NCBI GenBank assembly: GCA_963849325.1
Contig: CAWKHF010000007.1
Coordinates: 288,001 to 352,000, forward strand
Source of the DNA: an uncultured Planctomycetota bacterium
GTDB taxonomy: Bacteria; Planctomycetota; Planctomycetia; Gemmatales; Gemmataceae
DNA length: 64,000 nucleotides
Reading direction: 5' to 3'
The notes below the pieces were generated by a model. It ran no database searches. It was not told where the DNA came from and saw nothing but the letters and a program-made list of their open reading frames with translations. Below are positions 53,523 to 63,720 of the stretch, piece by piece. A program made the translations under genes and the position numbers. The stretch's first letter is position 1. Each line of letters starts with the position of its first letter.

Positions 53523-55499
53523 TTATTCGCTCGCCGTTCGCACTTCGATGTTGCGAATTCCGGCCTGCCGGCAGGCCTTGAGGATGGTCTTCAGGACGGC
53601 GTAGTCAACGGATGCCTCACAGGTGATGCACAAGCCGGCCGCGCCTTTGTCTTCTTCGATCCAGGCGCGAAGCTGGTCGTTCAGCACTTGCAAGGAGGTG
53701 GTTCCCGTTGGTTGGCCGGACAGCTTCATCACTTCCTCGCGGCGGCGCATCTCCAGGGAGGTATTGTTGAGGGCGATGTGGATGGGGGCCGGAGACGAAG
53801 ACGCTGATTTGGCATCGTCGGCGGGGCGGCTTTTTTTCAACCATGGCGTGGTGAAGAGTCCGGCCGCTTGCTCGGCCGATAGCTCGTCGATCCGAAAATT
53901 GCTGAACTGAAGTCGTGCTTCCACACGTTCGCGCGGAAAACTCAGGACTGCTTGTTCCGTGAGGCGCGCTCCCGTTTTCTCGTCCGTGTGTACCCTGCGG
54001 ATGTCGGCCCGCACGAGTACCTCGCCGTCGAGGTTGGTCAAGAGGATCGAGATAACCCGTCCGCCCTTCCGTCCCACCTTCGAGAACACCAGCACCTTGC
54101 GCAGCTGCTCGCCCAGGGGCGAAAACACCCTTTCCTCCACTTCCAGGCCTTGCTTTCCGACGGACTGAGAATAGTTCCTTGTCGGGTCGTACTCCGCCAT
54201 GCCGAGAACGTCCAAGAGCCATTCCGGCCTGTACTCCACCGGCCAGTGTTGGGGGTTTCGGATCTCTTCTCTCCGAAAACCGCGCCAAACGTGCCAATAG
54301 CGGCGCGGTCCCATCTTGATGGCCGCGAACCAGTAGGCTTCCTCATTGCAACCCAGATCGAGAGCCGGTTGGCCGAGGATCTTGGCCTGGACGTGGACGT
54401 CCCGAGGCCGTCGGCAAGCAAGTTGGCCGCTGAGGCCGACCGTCATCTTTTCGATACGGCAGTCGAGTACCACGTCGCAGCGGAGTCCTCGAACGAGGCG
54501 GGCATTTCGATTCAATTCCTGGATCAGCTCGCGCGCGGTTGGCAGAGCATCCGCCGGCATCTCCGCCGCTTTCGGCACGCGCGCGGACGAATCGGCCGAT
54601 GCGGCGGAATCCTCCCGCGGCTCCGACTTCGCCTTTGTCCCCGCCGCATCCAAGGCGGCTCCGAAGCCAATACTGACGGCCAGCACGAGCGCCGCCATCC
54701 TCCGCAGCTGGGTCATCCACATGGCTTTCAACACTCCTTGCGTTAGGGCCGCGATGGAAGCGGCTTCCTCGGCCACTTTCGCCATCCCCGCCTCGAGGAA
54801 CGTCCGTGCCAGATTCATCGTCGCCCGGATGAGCGGGGACGCGATACCCGCGAAGGCGGCGTTTTCCGCGAACGCCGCACCGAGCACGGCCGCGGACAAC
54901 GTCAGGCCGCGCCGGGTCAAACGCCGGGCGAGCAGGTCGCGGCCGCGCCACAATCGGCCCGAGACGGTCCCCAGCGGCCAGCCGAGTTCGCGGGCGGCCT
55001 CCTTGTGGGTCCGTCCTTGCAGATCGCACAGGACCAACGGCACCCGGTATTTCTCGGGTAATCGATTCAGCTCCTCATCGAGCAGTAGCCGCCAATCCTC
55101 CTCGCCTGGCACGGGGTCCGCCCTTCGTTCCTGCCCGGCTTGCCTCTCCTTGGTACGTCGCCGGGCCCGTGCGGTTCGGCGGCGCAGGGCCGTGCGCTGG
55201 GCGACGCCGTGCAGCCAGGGACCGACGGCCTGACGCGGGCGGATCGACGATGCCTTGCGCAGCAGCACGAGGAAAGTGGCCTGAAAAGCGTCCTCGGCGT
55301 CGTGGCGGTTGCCCAGGACGCGACGACAGACGCCGAACACCATCGGGCCGTGTCGGCGCACCAAGGCGGCGAAGGCGACCTCCTCGTGCCGGCTCAAAAA
55401 CGCCTCCAGCAATTGCCCATCGCTCAAGCCGTTCGACTCCTGCCGTAGCACGGCTTGGCGAAAGTTCTGCAAGACGCTGTTCAGGGAACGGGACGGCAT
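53523..55499 (-). CDS. Planctomycete ECF sigma-70 factor with long C-terminal extension
   Basis: SDGQLLEAF, AFAALVRRHGPMVFGVCRRVL..HDAEDAFQATFLVL, LDEELNRLPEKYRVPLVLCDLQG.THKEAARELGWPLGTV. Confidence 0.93.
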   Translation of the reverse strand: MPSRSLNSVLQNFRQAVLRQESNGLSDGQLLEAFLSRHEEVAFAALVRRHGPMVFGVCRRVLGNRHDAEDAFQATFLVLLRKASSIRPRQAVGPWLHGVAQRTALRRRTARARRRTKERQAGQERRADPVPGEEDWRLLLDEELNRLPEKYRVPLVLCDLQGRTHKEAARELGWPLGTVSGRLWRGRDLLARRLTRRGLTLSAAVLGAAFAENAAFAGIASPLIRATMNLARTFLEAGMAKVAEEAASIAALTQGVLKAMWMTQLRRMAALVLAVSIGFGAALDAAGTKAKSEPREDSAASADSSARVPKAAEMPADALPTARELIQELNRNARLVRGLRCDVVLDCRIEKMTVGLSGQLACRRPRDVHVQAKILGQPALDLGCNEEAYWFAAIKMGPRRYWHVWRGFRREEIRNPQHWPVEYRPEWLLDVLGMAEYDPTRNYSQSVGKQGLEVEERVFSPLGEQLRKVLVFSKVGRKGGRVISILLTNLDGEVLVRADIRRVHTDEKTGARLTEQAVLSFPRERVEARLQFSNFRIDELSAEQAAGLFTTPWLKKSRPADDAKSASSSPAPIHIALNNTSLEMRRREEVMKLSGQPTGTTSLQVLNDQLRAWIEEDKGAAGLCITCEASVDYAVLKTILKACRQAGIRNIEVRTASE

Positions 55500-55739
55500 C
55501 ACTTGGTTCTCCGTGGGCGAGGAGGCTCCTCCTACTATTCCCCGGAGGCAGGCGGATTCATACGATTTTTTCCGCGGCGCGGAAGGAAGCGAGGATGCGG
55601 ATTGTCCGGGACGCACTCAAGATAACGGGCCGACTCCAGGAGAGACCGATGGAATTGGCACCGGAAAACTTGCCGGAACGGAGAAGGGAGGGAATGGTTC
55701 GACAGGACATTCCCCCCTTTGCCAAGGAAGGTTTTCGAC

Positions 55740-56108
55740 ATGCGTATCCACCTCTGGTTGGCGGCCGTGTCCATCGCGGCGCTGGGGCTGATCGGCCTGG
55801 GAGCGGGGCGCGGCGAGGCCGGCAGTTTCTTCGGACCTTGCTGCTACGGCGCCCGTTACGCCTACGAATACCCCAATCGTGCTCACAACGTCTTCGGCTG
55901 CGGCCCGTGTTGCCGGTGTACGGCCTGGCATCCGACCTTCCAGCACGGCTGCTCCCGGAAAAACTCGTGCGGTTCGGCCGACGGGGCGGGGATACCACCG
56001 GGTCCGGCCATCGCGGAACGAATCGCTCCGCTCCCCGCCGGACAGCCGGCGGTGCCCACGCCATCCGAGGGCGTCTCGGCGGAGCGAACGTCCTGTCCTC
56101 CGTTCTGA
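55740..56108 (+). CDS. Small secreted Cys-rich protein
   Basis: AAGGAAGG RBS; signal peptide MRIHLWLAAVSIAALGLIGLGAGRGEA; GPCCYG, GCGPCCRC. Confidence 0.6.
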   Translation: MRIHLWLAAVSIAALGLIGLGAGRGEAGSFFGPCCYGARYAYEYPNRAHNVFGCGPCCRCTAWHPTFQHGCSRKNSCGSADGAGIPPGPAIAERIAPLPAGQPAVPTPSEGVSAERTSCPPF

Positions 56109-56181
56109 TACCATCCAGACGAGCGGGGTCGCATTGGCACTCCGAGAGACGCAAGCCCTCGGTATCGGGAGAAGCACGGCG

Positions 56182-57197
56182 ATGAGTGCGGAAGCGACCG
56201 TCCGCGCGGGGCGGGTGCTGGTGACCGGGGCGGGCGGCTTTCTCGGCGCCAACTTGGTGTGGACGTTGCGGGAACACGGCTTCATGGTTCGCGCCTTGCT
56301 CCGCCGTCCGCCGCGTGGCCCGCGGTGGACGGGCCTGGACGGCGTCGAATTTGTGATCGGCGACATCCGTAATTCGGCGGACGTGGCCCGCGCGGTCGAA
56401 GGCGTGACGGGCGTCCTGCACGCCGCCGGCCTGATGCGGCTCATCCCCCGGCCGCGCCGGGACGCCTACCGCGTCAACGTGGAGGGCACGCGGACGGTTT
56501 GCGCCGCCGCTCGACGGGCGGGCGTGCGCCGCCTGGTGTTCACCTCCAGCGCCTCGACCATCGAACCGGGGACCGCCGAGCGGCCGGGCACCGAAGAATC
56601 GCCGGCCAACCGTGGGCCGATCCGCGCCCCTATTCCGACAGCAAACGCCTGGCCGAGAACGTGGTCCACGAGTTCAACGCCCCGGGCCTGGAGACGATCG
56701 TCCTCTGTCCCACCTTCGTCCTTGGACCGCGCGACGCCCGGCCGACGACGAACGAGTTGCTTCTGCACGCGGCCCGCTGGCGCCGGCCGATCCTCCCTCC
56801 CGGCGGCATGAACATCATCGACGTGCGCGAGGCCGCCCTGGCCCACGTCCGCGCCTTGTGGCTGGGTCGTCCCGGCGAGCGCTACATTCTCGCCGGGCCT
56901 TATCTCCGTTACGCGGACCTCGGGTCTATCGTGAACCGCATGGTCGGCGGCCGCGGCGTCTGGACCCTGCCGCGCTGGACGCGCCTGGCCGGCTCGATCC
57001 CGCTGGCCATCGTCTCGGGCGTGTGGCCGGACATGCCCAACGGCTTGACGGTCCCGAGCTTCCAATACGGCTTTGTCTGCTACCACCTCTCGGGAGCGAA
57101 GGCCGACGCCGCCTTCGGCCTGACGCATCGCTCGCCGGAGGAGACGGTGGCCGACACGCTGCGCTGGTTCCGCGTATCATTAGGGTTTAGGGTTTAG
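56182..57197 (+). CDS. NAD-dependent epimerase/dehydratase (HpnA/DFR-like), frameshift near 56628
   Basis: VLVTGAGGFLG, VNVEGT, VFTSS, PYSDSK, GGMNIIDVRE, GRPGERYILAG. Confidence 0.88.
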
Positions 57198-57273
57198 GGT
57201 GAAGAATTCCAGCCCGTGCCTGACCAGCTCCACCTCGAAACCTCGGACCCTAAACCCCAAACCCTAAACCCTA
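57180..57273. repeat. Inverted blocks of TTTAGGG heptamer repeats between convergent genes
   Basis: ttagggtttagggtttagggt (57180-57200) and accctaaaccccaaaccctaaacccta (57247-57273). Confidence 0.85.
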
Positions 57274-58226
57274 GATACGATGCGGGCTAACTCGCGCAGG
57301 TCGAGGTTGCCGCCGGAGAGCACGCCGACCACGGTTTGGCCCGCCAGCTGTTCGCGCAGCCGCAGGGCCGCCGCCGTCGAGGCGGCCCCCGCGCCCTCGG
57401 CAAGATTGTGCGTCACGCGCAACAGCAGGCGGATCGCCTCGCGCAGCTCGTCGTCGCCGACAAGTATCATGTCATGAACATATCGACGAATGATCTCCAG
57501 CGTCATGTCCGCCGGCATGCGCGTGGCCATGCCTTCCGCGAAGGTGGTCGGCGTATCCGTCTCGATAGGCCGCCCCTCGCGCCACGATAGCGTCACCGCT
57601 GGCGCCAACTCGGACTGCACGCCGAGGACGCGCGTCTTCGGACGACGCGCCGCCGCGACCAGGGAGACGCCACAAATGCCGCTGCCCAGGCCGACAGGGG
57701 CGAGAATGACGTCCGGCTCCGGCAGATCGTCGAAAATCTCCAGGCCGTATGTGCCGACGCCGGCGATCAGGTCCGGCTCGTTCGCCGAGTGGACGTAGCG
57801 CAGTCCCTCGCGGTGGCGGATGGATTCGCAGTGCGCTCGCGCCTCGTCATAGTCGCGGCCATGCTCGATCAGTTCGGCGCCGAGAGCGCGCATGGCGGCG
57901 ACCTTGTCCGGGTTGTTGTTCTCCGGCACCACCAGCACGCAGCGGACGCCGAACAGACGGCAGGCGTAGGCGAGCGATTGCCCGTGATTGCCGGTCGTAC
58001 AGCCGAGGATGCCTCGGTCCTTCTGCTCCGGAGACAGCCGGCTAACGAGATAGATGCCGCCGCGCACCTTGAACGCCGTCGTCGGCGTGTGGTTCTCGTG
58101 CTTGAGAAAGTAACGGCAGCCCAGCAAGCGCGACAGAGCCGGCCACTCGTAGAGCGGCGTCGGCTTCAGATAGCGATGCACCACCGGAGCGGCAGCCACC
58201 ACGTCGGCATACGTCGGCAAGTTCAT
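57264..58226 (-). CDS. PLP-dependent threonine/serine dehydratase (short form, no ACT domain)
   Basis: LKHENHTPTTAFKVRGG, TTGNHGQSLA, PVGLGSG, AEGAGAA, LSGGNLD. Confidence 0.92.
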   Translation of the reverse strand: MNLPTYADVVAAAPVVHRYLKPTPLYEWPALSRLLGCRYFLKHENHTPTTAFKVRGGIYLVSRLSPEQKDRGILGCTTGNHGQSLAYACRLFGVRCVLVVPENNNPDKVAAMRALGAELIEHGRDYDEARAHCESIRHREGLRYVHSANEPDLIAGVGTYGLEIFDDLPEPDVILAPVGLGSGICGVSLVAAARRPKTRVLGVQSELAPAVTLSWREGRPIETDTPTTFAEGMATRMPADMTLEIIRRYVHDMILVGDDELREAIRLLLRVTHNLAEGAGAASTAAALRLREQLAGQTVVGVLSGGNLDLRELARIVSRV

Positions 58227-58329
58227 GCCCCTCTCCTCCTACTGATATTGATCGCATGTTCACGGTTATGGTAATGTGTACTTCCGTACATTGGTGGCGG
58301 TGACGTGACCTCACACAAGGAAGCCGGGG

Positions 58330-58521
58330 ATGCAGATCAACACCCACGCACCACAGGAAAGCCCATCGCCCGATGACACGCCCTCCCGTTCGCCGCAATG
58401 TCCCCTCTGTGACGGGCTGCTAATCCCGTTGCGCAACGGCTATCGCTGCTCGCAATGCCAGTACCCCCTTTGCGCCGGCTGCGAGTCGTTGGAATGTTGT
58501 CCCGTTCCCGAGGCCACCTAG
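58330..58521 (+). CDS. Small zinc-finger-like protein
   Basis: CPLCDG...CSQCQYPLCAGC in a 63-aa ORF filling an intergenic gap. Confidence 0.55.
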   Translation: MQINTHAPQESPSPDDTPSRSPQCPLCDGLLIPLRNGYRCSQCQYPLCAGCESLECCPVPEAT

Positions 58522-60657
58522 CCGAGAGGCGCGACCGGCCGATTCGTCCACGGCGCCCCGATCTCTTGACGAATGCGCGCGACGGATTCTTCGGCGTCCC
58601 GCACGCGGGCATCATCGCGGAGAACGCCGGCGATGGCCGCGACGAGGATCAGACTATCCGCTTCGAGGATCGGCATGGCGTACTGGCGGGCGAGATCGAG
58701 AGCGGCGCGGTTGACGTTGCTGGCCTGGTCCATCTCGCCCTCGGCCAGCAGCCAGGCGGCGTAACTCAGGCGCGTCAGGGTACGCTCGAAAGGCAGACCG
58801 CCGCGGTCGTAAGCGTCGAGCAGCTCGCGGTATTCGATCCCCAGGTCGATCTCCTCGGCGCCGCCGGCGACGCGCAGGTAATCGGCACGCATGCGGCGAC
58901 GGGCGAGGTCGGCCCAGCGGTGTTCGCCGCTGTGCGGCGGCCGGAAAAGAATGCTGCGAACGTCCAGCGCCGTCAGTTGTCCGGCGCGTAGGAGGCACTC
59001 GAATACATGGACCCACTCGTACACATCCACCGGCACCAGCGTTTTGGCCAGGGCGACGGCTTCTGCGGTGCGTCCGGCGAGGCAGAGAGCGTGACAGCGA
59101 TAGGCCCGCCACAGCGTCTGCCAGGGCGGCGGCACTTGCAGTTGTTCGAGGAGCGGGTCCAGACGACCCAGGGCGATCAGAGCGTCGCCGCGCAGGGCGG
59201 CGTCGGCGTCGCGGTAGGCGGCGAGGGCGTCGTCGAACTGGCCGAGCAGCTCGAAACAGATGGCCAGGCTGCGGAAGCGGCCAAAGCCCGACCACAGCGG
59301 CGAACGACGCCAGTCGCCGCTCGGAAAGAAGCGCAGCAGCAGGTCGCGTTCCAGCACGGGAGCGAGGAAACGATGCTTCGGATTGTCCAGGGCGACGAAG
59401 GCGCTGTCGGCCTCGTTCCACAGGCCGGCGTCGGCGTAGGCGTGGAACATCTCGACCTCTTCGCGCGCCTCTTCCAGCGTGTCGGGGCGGCGGCGATCGG
59501 GCCGACCGCGCAGAAAGCCGGCGCGCGTGCGAGCGCTCTGCCGCTGTCCGCCGGCGCCGAGGGCGTGTTCGAAAGCCCGGCGCACCAGTGGATGCGCGTC
59601 GATGACCGTGGCCGTTTCCGCCGACATCGTCGCGGGGCGGCCGACGCGCTCCAGCAGGCGCAGGTCGATCAACTCCTGCAACCGCGCCGCCAGCCAGGCC
59701 GAGGACCGCCGGGAGAAGGGCGGATACGTGCGCCGCCAGGTTTCGTGCAGCAGTGTATGGACGGGTTCGCTGGCCAGGTATTCGAGCAGCCGCGCCTCGG
59801 CCGGCGGATCGCGGAAAGCAGTGGCCAGCGCGATGACGTCCTGCATCTCCTGCGGCAGCGCCTGCTGGTAAGCGGCGAGCACGCGAGCAACGCGGTGCTC
59901 TTCCTCACTGGCTCCCTCGGCGCGGCGGCCCCGGCAAATCCTGATGGCGGCGAGCGTCACCCTGGTGATAGCGGACGAGGAAAGTCCCTAATAGCTCCAC
60001 CGCCTTGGCGTGATGCCCACCGGCCGTCGCCGCCTCGTCCAGTACCGCGGCCTCGCCCTGGACGCCCAGACTGGTCAGCAAGGCGCGGGCGCTCTCGGCA
60101 TCGAGTCCGCTAAGCGAGAGCAAGCGCGCATGACGACGTGTTGTCAGCGTCGGCAGTGGAAAGCGCGTCGTCAACACCACGACGCCAGGCAGCGGCTCGG
60201 AGGACAGCTCTTCCAGCAGCCTACCTAGTTCCGGGTGCAGGAAGCGTCCCAGCCACGAGCCGCTGTCGTACTGCGCTACCTCGGTGCCATCGAGCACGAT
60301 CGCCCAGCGCCTGGCGGCGCAGCAGCGGCAGCAGATGATCGACGCAATAACTGGCCGACAGGTCGGGCGGCTGCTCCAGTCCCTCCGCGTAGGCGTACAG
60401 CGAACGGAGGCAGAGGTCGGCGTCCTTGCCGCGATAGAAGCTCCACAGGAACACCCCCTCGGGGCGATCCGCCGCCGTCAGCATGGATTCGAGCCAGTGC
60501 TGCACGATGGCCGTCTTGCCCTGTCCGCCGGGACCGATCAGCGCAATCACGCTCTCCGGCCCGCCGCGCAGCGCGGCGTCGAGCCGCGCCAGCTCCGCGG
60601 TGCGCCGAAGAAGCGATACGGTTCGGACGTGCAGTGATGAATACAGACGGGACGCAT
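58518..60657 (-). CDS. STAND-like P-loop NTPase with helical/TPR C-terminus (frameshifts near 60605, 60310, 59940)
   Basis: MRPVCIHHCTSEPYRFFG(R)TAELARLD, GPGGQGKT, FLWSFY, VLDGTE, LTTR, GHHAKAVELLG, DAHPLVR. Confidence 0.75.
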
Positions 60658-60736
60658 GAAAAAGAAGAAGCATCACCCCGGACTATGGAAGTATCCACTT
60701 CGCCCCATTCACTCCTCGTCCGACATCTCACTCCTC

Positions 60737-61342
60737 TCACGGCCGAGCCTCGTATTCCTCTTCGCGCCGCTTCTCTTCCAGGCATTCGATGTAATCGCTC
60801 CGCACAGACGGATGCAATCGATCCGCGAACGATTCATCGAGTTGATGAACGCGAATGAGTGAGACGACATCGGCGAAGTCCTGATGGCGATGCGCCGCCA
60901 GTTTCAATTGCACCAGATTCAGTAAATCCAGGACCTGGGCATCGTCGATTGTTTCTCGAACGATGGCCGGATCAGGATAAGCGATCGGGCCGGGTTTGCC
61001 GCTGCCGGGGAATAATCCCGTAACCAGGAAATCGATAGTTATTTGATTCGTGCAATCCGTAAATCGTCGGGGGAGTCGAGAATGCTTCTCATACTGTTTC
61101 GGGACGAACCGCTTGCAAAACTCGGCCAGTCCCTCGGCTGTCAGAAGGACGTCCAAGTCGTCCGTCGTCCGGTGGTGGCCATGAGCGTTCACCGCCATCC
61201 CCCCCACAATGGCGTAGGGGATCTTGGCTTTTTCCAAACGTTTTACGACGCGGCGCATCGACTTGTGGACCGCATCGTTCTTCTGGAAAAACATGTCGAT
61301 CTCCTTTAATCGTTTCCAGAAATTGAACGGTGCCGTCTTCAC
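60737..61342 (-). CDS. Nucleotidyltransferase-fold protein
   Basis: GGAGG RBS; IPYAIVGGMAVNAHGHHRTTDDLDVLL; LKL...R.QDFADV. Confidence 0.8.
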   Translation of the reverse strand: MKTAPFNFWKRLKEIDMFFQKNDAVHKSMRRVVKRLEKAKIPYAIVGGMAVNAHGHHRTTDDLDVLLTAEGLAEFCKRFVPKQYEKHSRLPRRFTDCTNQITIDFLVTGLFPGSGKPGPIAYPDPAIVRETIDDAQVLDLLNLVQLKLAAHRHQDFADVVSLIRVHQLDESFADRLHPSVRSDYIECLEEKRREEEYEARP

Positions 61343-61401
61343 GAAATGCCCTCCTTCTTCTGATCCCGCTTATTCTCCAGCAAGTTGAACATCTCTTGTA
61401 A

Positions 61402-62772
61402 TCAAAACAGTTCTTTGATCGGCTGCGCATCGTAATCGGCCAGCGGCAGCGGGCGGTTCTGCGGTCCCGGCAGTTCGCGGTGGGGATCGAGTCCGAGTCC
61501 CTTGTAAATCGTCGCCGCCACCACGGCCGGCGAGACCGGCCGCGTCTTCGGCGCGTAGCCCAGCTCGTCCGATTCGCCGACGACGCGGCCACCCTGGATG
61601 GGACCGCCGCCGAGCAGGATCGTCCACACGCCGGGGTGGTGATCGCGGCCGCCGGCCGGGTTGATCTTGGGCGTGCGGCCGAACTCGCCCATCGCCGTCA
61701 CGATGGTCGTCTTGAGCAGGCCGCGATCGTGCAGGTCTTCCAGAAGCGTGCTGTAGGCGCGATCGAAGTCCGGAGCGACCAGGCGCGACATCTCGGCGAT
61801 GTCGGTGAACGGCCGAGAACCATGAATGTCCCAGGTGATCTCGTCGAAGACCGTTTCATACATATTGACCGTGACGAAGCGAACGCCGCGTTCGATGAGG
61901 CGGTGCGCCAGCAAACAGCTCTGGCCGAAGCGTGTCCGGCCGTAGCGATCGCGCGTGGCGGCCGGCTCGCGGTCCAGTGCGAACGCCTCGCGGGCTTGCG
62001 GGCTGGACATCAAGCGATAAGCCAGATTGAAATTCTCGTCCAGTTGCTTGGCCTGCGCGTTCGTTTCGAACGACGCCAGAGCGCCTTCGACGGCGTCGCG
62101 CATCTTCTGACGTTGGCCGGCGCGGACGGCGGAGATGTACTCGGGCGGTAGCAGGTCGGGCACCTTGAAGTCCTTGGCCGACGGATCGGCATTGAGGACG
62201 AAGGGGTCGTAGGGCTTGCCGAGGTAGCCGGCGCTTTGGCCATGCGGCATGTTGCCGCCGGTGCGTCCCATCGGCCGCGGCACCAGCACGTGCGCCGGCA
62301 CTTCGCCACGCTGTCCCTTCAGGTAGCCCAGCACGCAGCCGACGTGCGGGTGCTCGATGCCGCCGCTGAACAGCCGGCCGGTCTGCATCATCTGATGGCC
62401 GGTGTCGTGGACGGCGGCGGCTGTGTGGTAGACGCTGCGAATGAGCGAATACTTGTCGGCGTGCCGGGCCATCTTCGGGAAGATCTCGCTGATCTGAATG
62501 CCCGGCGCGTTGGTGGCCACGGCCTTGAAGGGGCCGCGAACCTCGGCCGGCGCCTTGGGCTTGGGGTCCCAGGTGTCGATGTGACTGGGGGCGCCGAGCA
62601 GAAACAGCATGATACAGTTGACGTCCTTGTCCGGGGCCGCGGCGGCGGTCCGCCGGGCGAAGAAACCGGGCAGCGTCAGGCCCAGCAGCGGCAGTGCGCC
62701 GGCGTGCAGGAAATCGCGTCGCGTCAAACCATCGCAAACGGACACGCCACGGTCGGCTTCGAGGCGCAACAT
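61402..62772 (-). CDS. DUF1501 domain protein (intact)
   Basis: CDGLTRRDFL, GAPSHIDTWDPKP, RDRYGRTRFGQSCLLA, GEFGRTPKIN..GGRDH. Confidence 0.93.
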   Translation of the reverse strand: MLRLEADRGVSVCDGLTRRDFLHAGALPLLGLTLPGFFARRTAAAAPDKDVNCIMLFLLGAPSHIDTWDPKPKAPAEVRGPFKAVATNAPGIQISEIFPKMARHADKYSLIRSVYHTAAAVHDTGHQMMQTGRLFSGGIEHPHVGCVLGYLKGQRGEVPAHVLVPRPMGRTGGNMPHGQSAGYLGKPYDPFVLNADPSAKDFKVPDLLPPEYISAVRAGQRQKMRDAVEGALASFETNAQAKQLDENFNLAYRLMSSPQAREAFALDREPAATRDRYGRTRFGQSCLLAHRLIERGVRFVTVNMYETVFDEITWDIHGSRPFTDIAEMSRLVAPDFDRAYSTLLEDLHDRGLLKTTIVTAMGEFGRTPKINPAGGRDHHPGVWTILLGGGPIQGGRVVGESDELGYAPKTRPVSPAVVAATIYKGLGLDPHRELPGPQNRPLPLADYDAQPIKELF

Positions 62773-62894
62773 CGGAGATTCTCCACGGAGAATGGGCAGA
62801 TGATTCAAGGTAACGCCCGGTGCGAGGGGATGCAATTCGTTTCCGCAGCGCGGTGACGAGGACCACGTTTTTTCGGCCATGTTCGCCCACTCGC

Positions 62895-63720
62895 TCACGG
62901 GGCTGGACGCGCCGAAGTATACGTCAGGTCATCCAGGTAGATACGCACGAGTTGCCCGCCGATGGTCGAATTGAACAGACCGAAGCGATCGAAGCGAGCG
63001 CCCTCCGTTTTCAGACCCTTCTTCAAAGCGAGCGTCACGGTTTCTTTGCCCAGCGTCACGCGCAGCTGGCCTTGGCCATCGTTCGCGGTGGGATCATACA
63101 ACAACGACCAGTCAAAGACTTTGCCCGGCGTGAGCACCGGGCCTTTTTCCACTTTGGCCATCGTCCCCTTGGCCGTCGCGCATCGGGGGATGAAGTAATG
63201 GCCTATGCGCGTCGGCCCGCCTACGTGAACACCGAGGAAATTCCCCGATTCGACAGGCGGCCTCGTTTTGTCGGTGCTGCTGAACCAGCCGAGATAGACG
63301 TTGGAATCGGGCGCCCCGACCTTCAGCACGACCTTGCCTCTCGCTTCCAGTCGATCCTCGAGGCTCAGAGGGCCGATCCGGTCGGCGTAGTAGCCGTACT
63401 TGCCGCTGCGCCAAAGGTCGCCGCCCATTTCGCCGCGCTGGCCGCCCGCGAAGCTCGTCGTTGGGCTGAAGCCGAAGTCGTGGGCGCCTACCGGCGGATT
63501 CTCGATTTTCGCCCGATTGTTTGCACCAACCCAACCGGGGTCTTTGGTGAAATCATCGGCCATGCCGTCGTACTCAAGGTCGCCAAAGTAGATCGTCAAG
63601 GCGTTGCCCGGCTTGGTCATGTTGAGAAGGCCGAAGCGGTCGAAGGTAGTGCCTCCCTTCTTGAAGCCGACGGGAAGATCGACGGAGAAGGCGTTCGTGT
63701 TGGGAAAGTGGCTGAGGGCG
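62895..63720 (-). pseudogene. 3' part of a hypothetical protein interrupted by an IS
   Basis: Internally repeated FDRFGL motif; coding-like frame extends upstream (HFPNTNAFSVDLPVGFKKGGTTFDRFGLLNM) to the IS end near 63721. Confidence 0.65.

Noticed and set aside
57180-57273. Eukaryotic telomere contamination or a linear replicon end
   Set aside because: Only 3-4 units per block, embedded in the ends of two ordinary bacterial genes.
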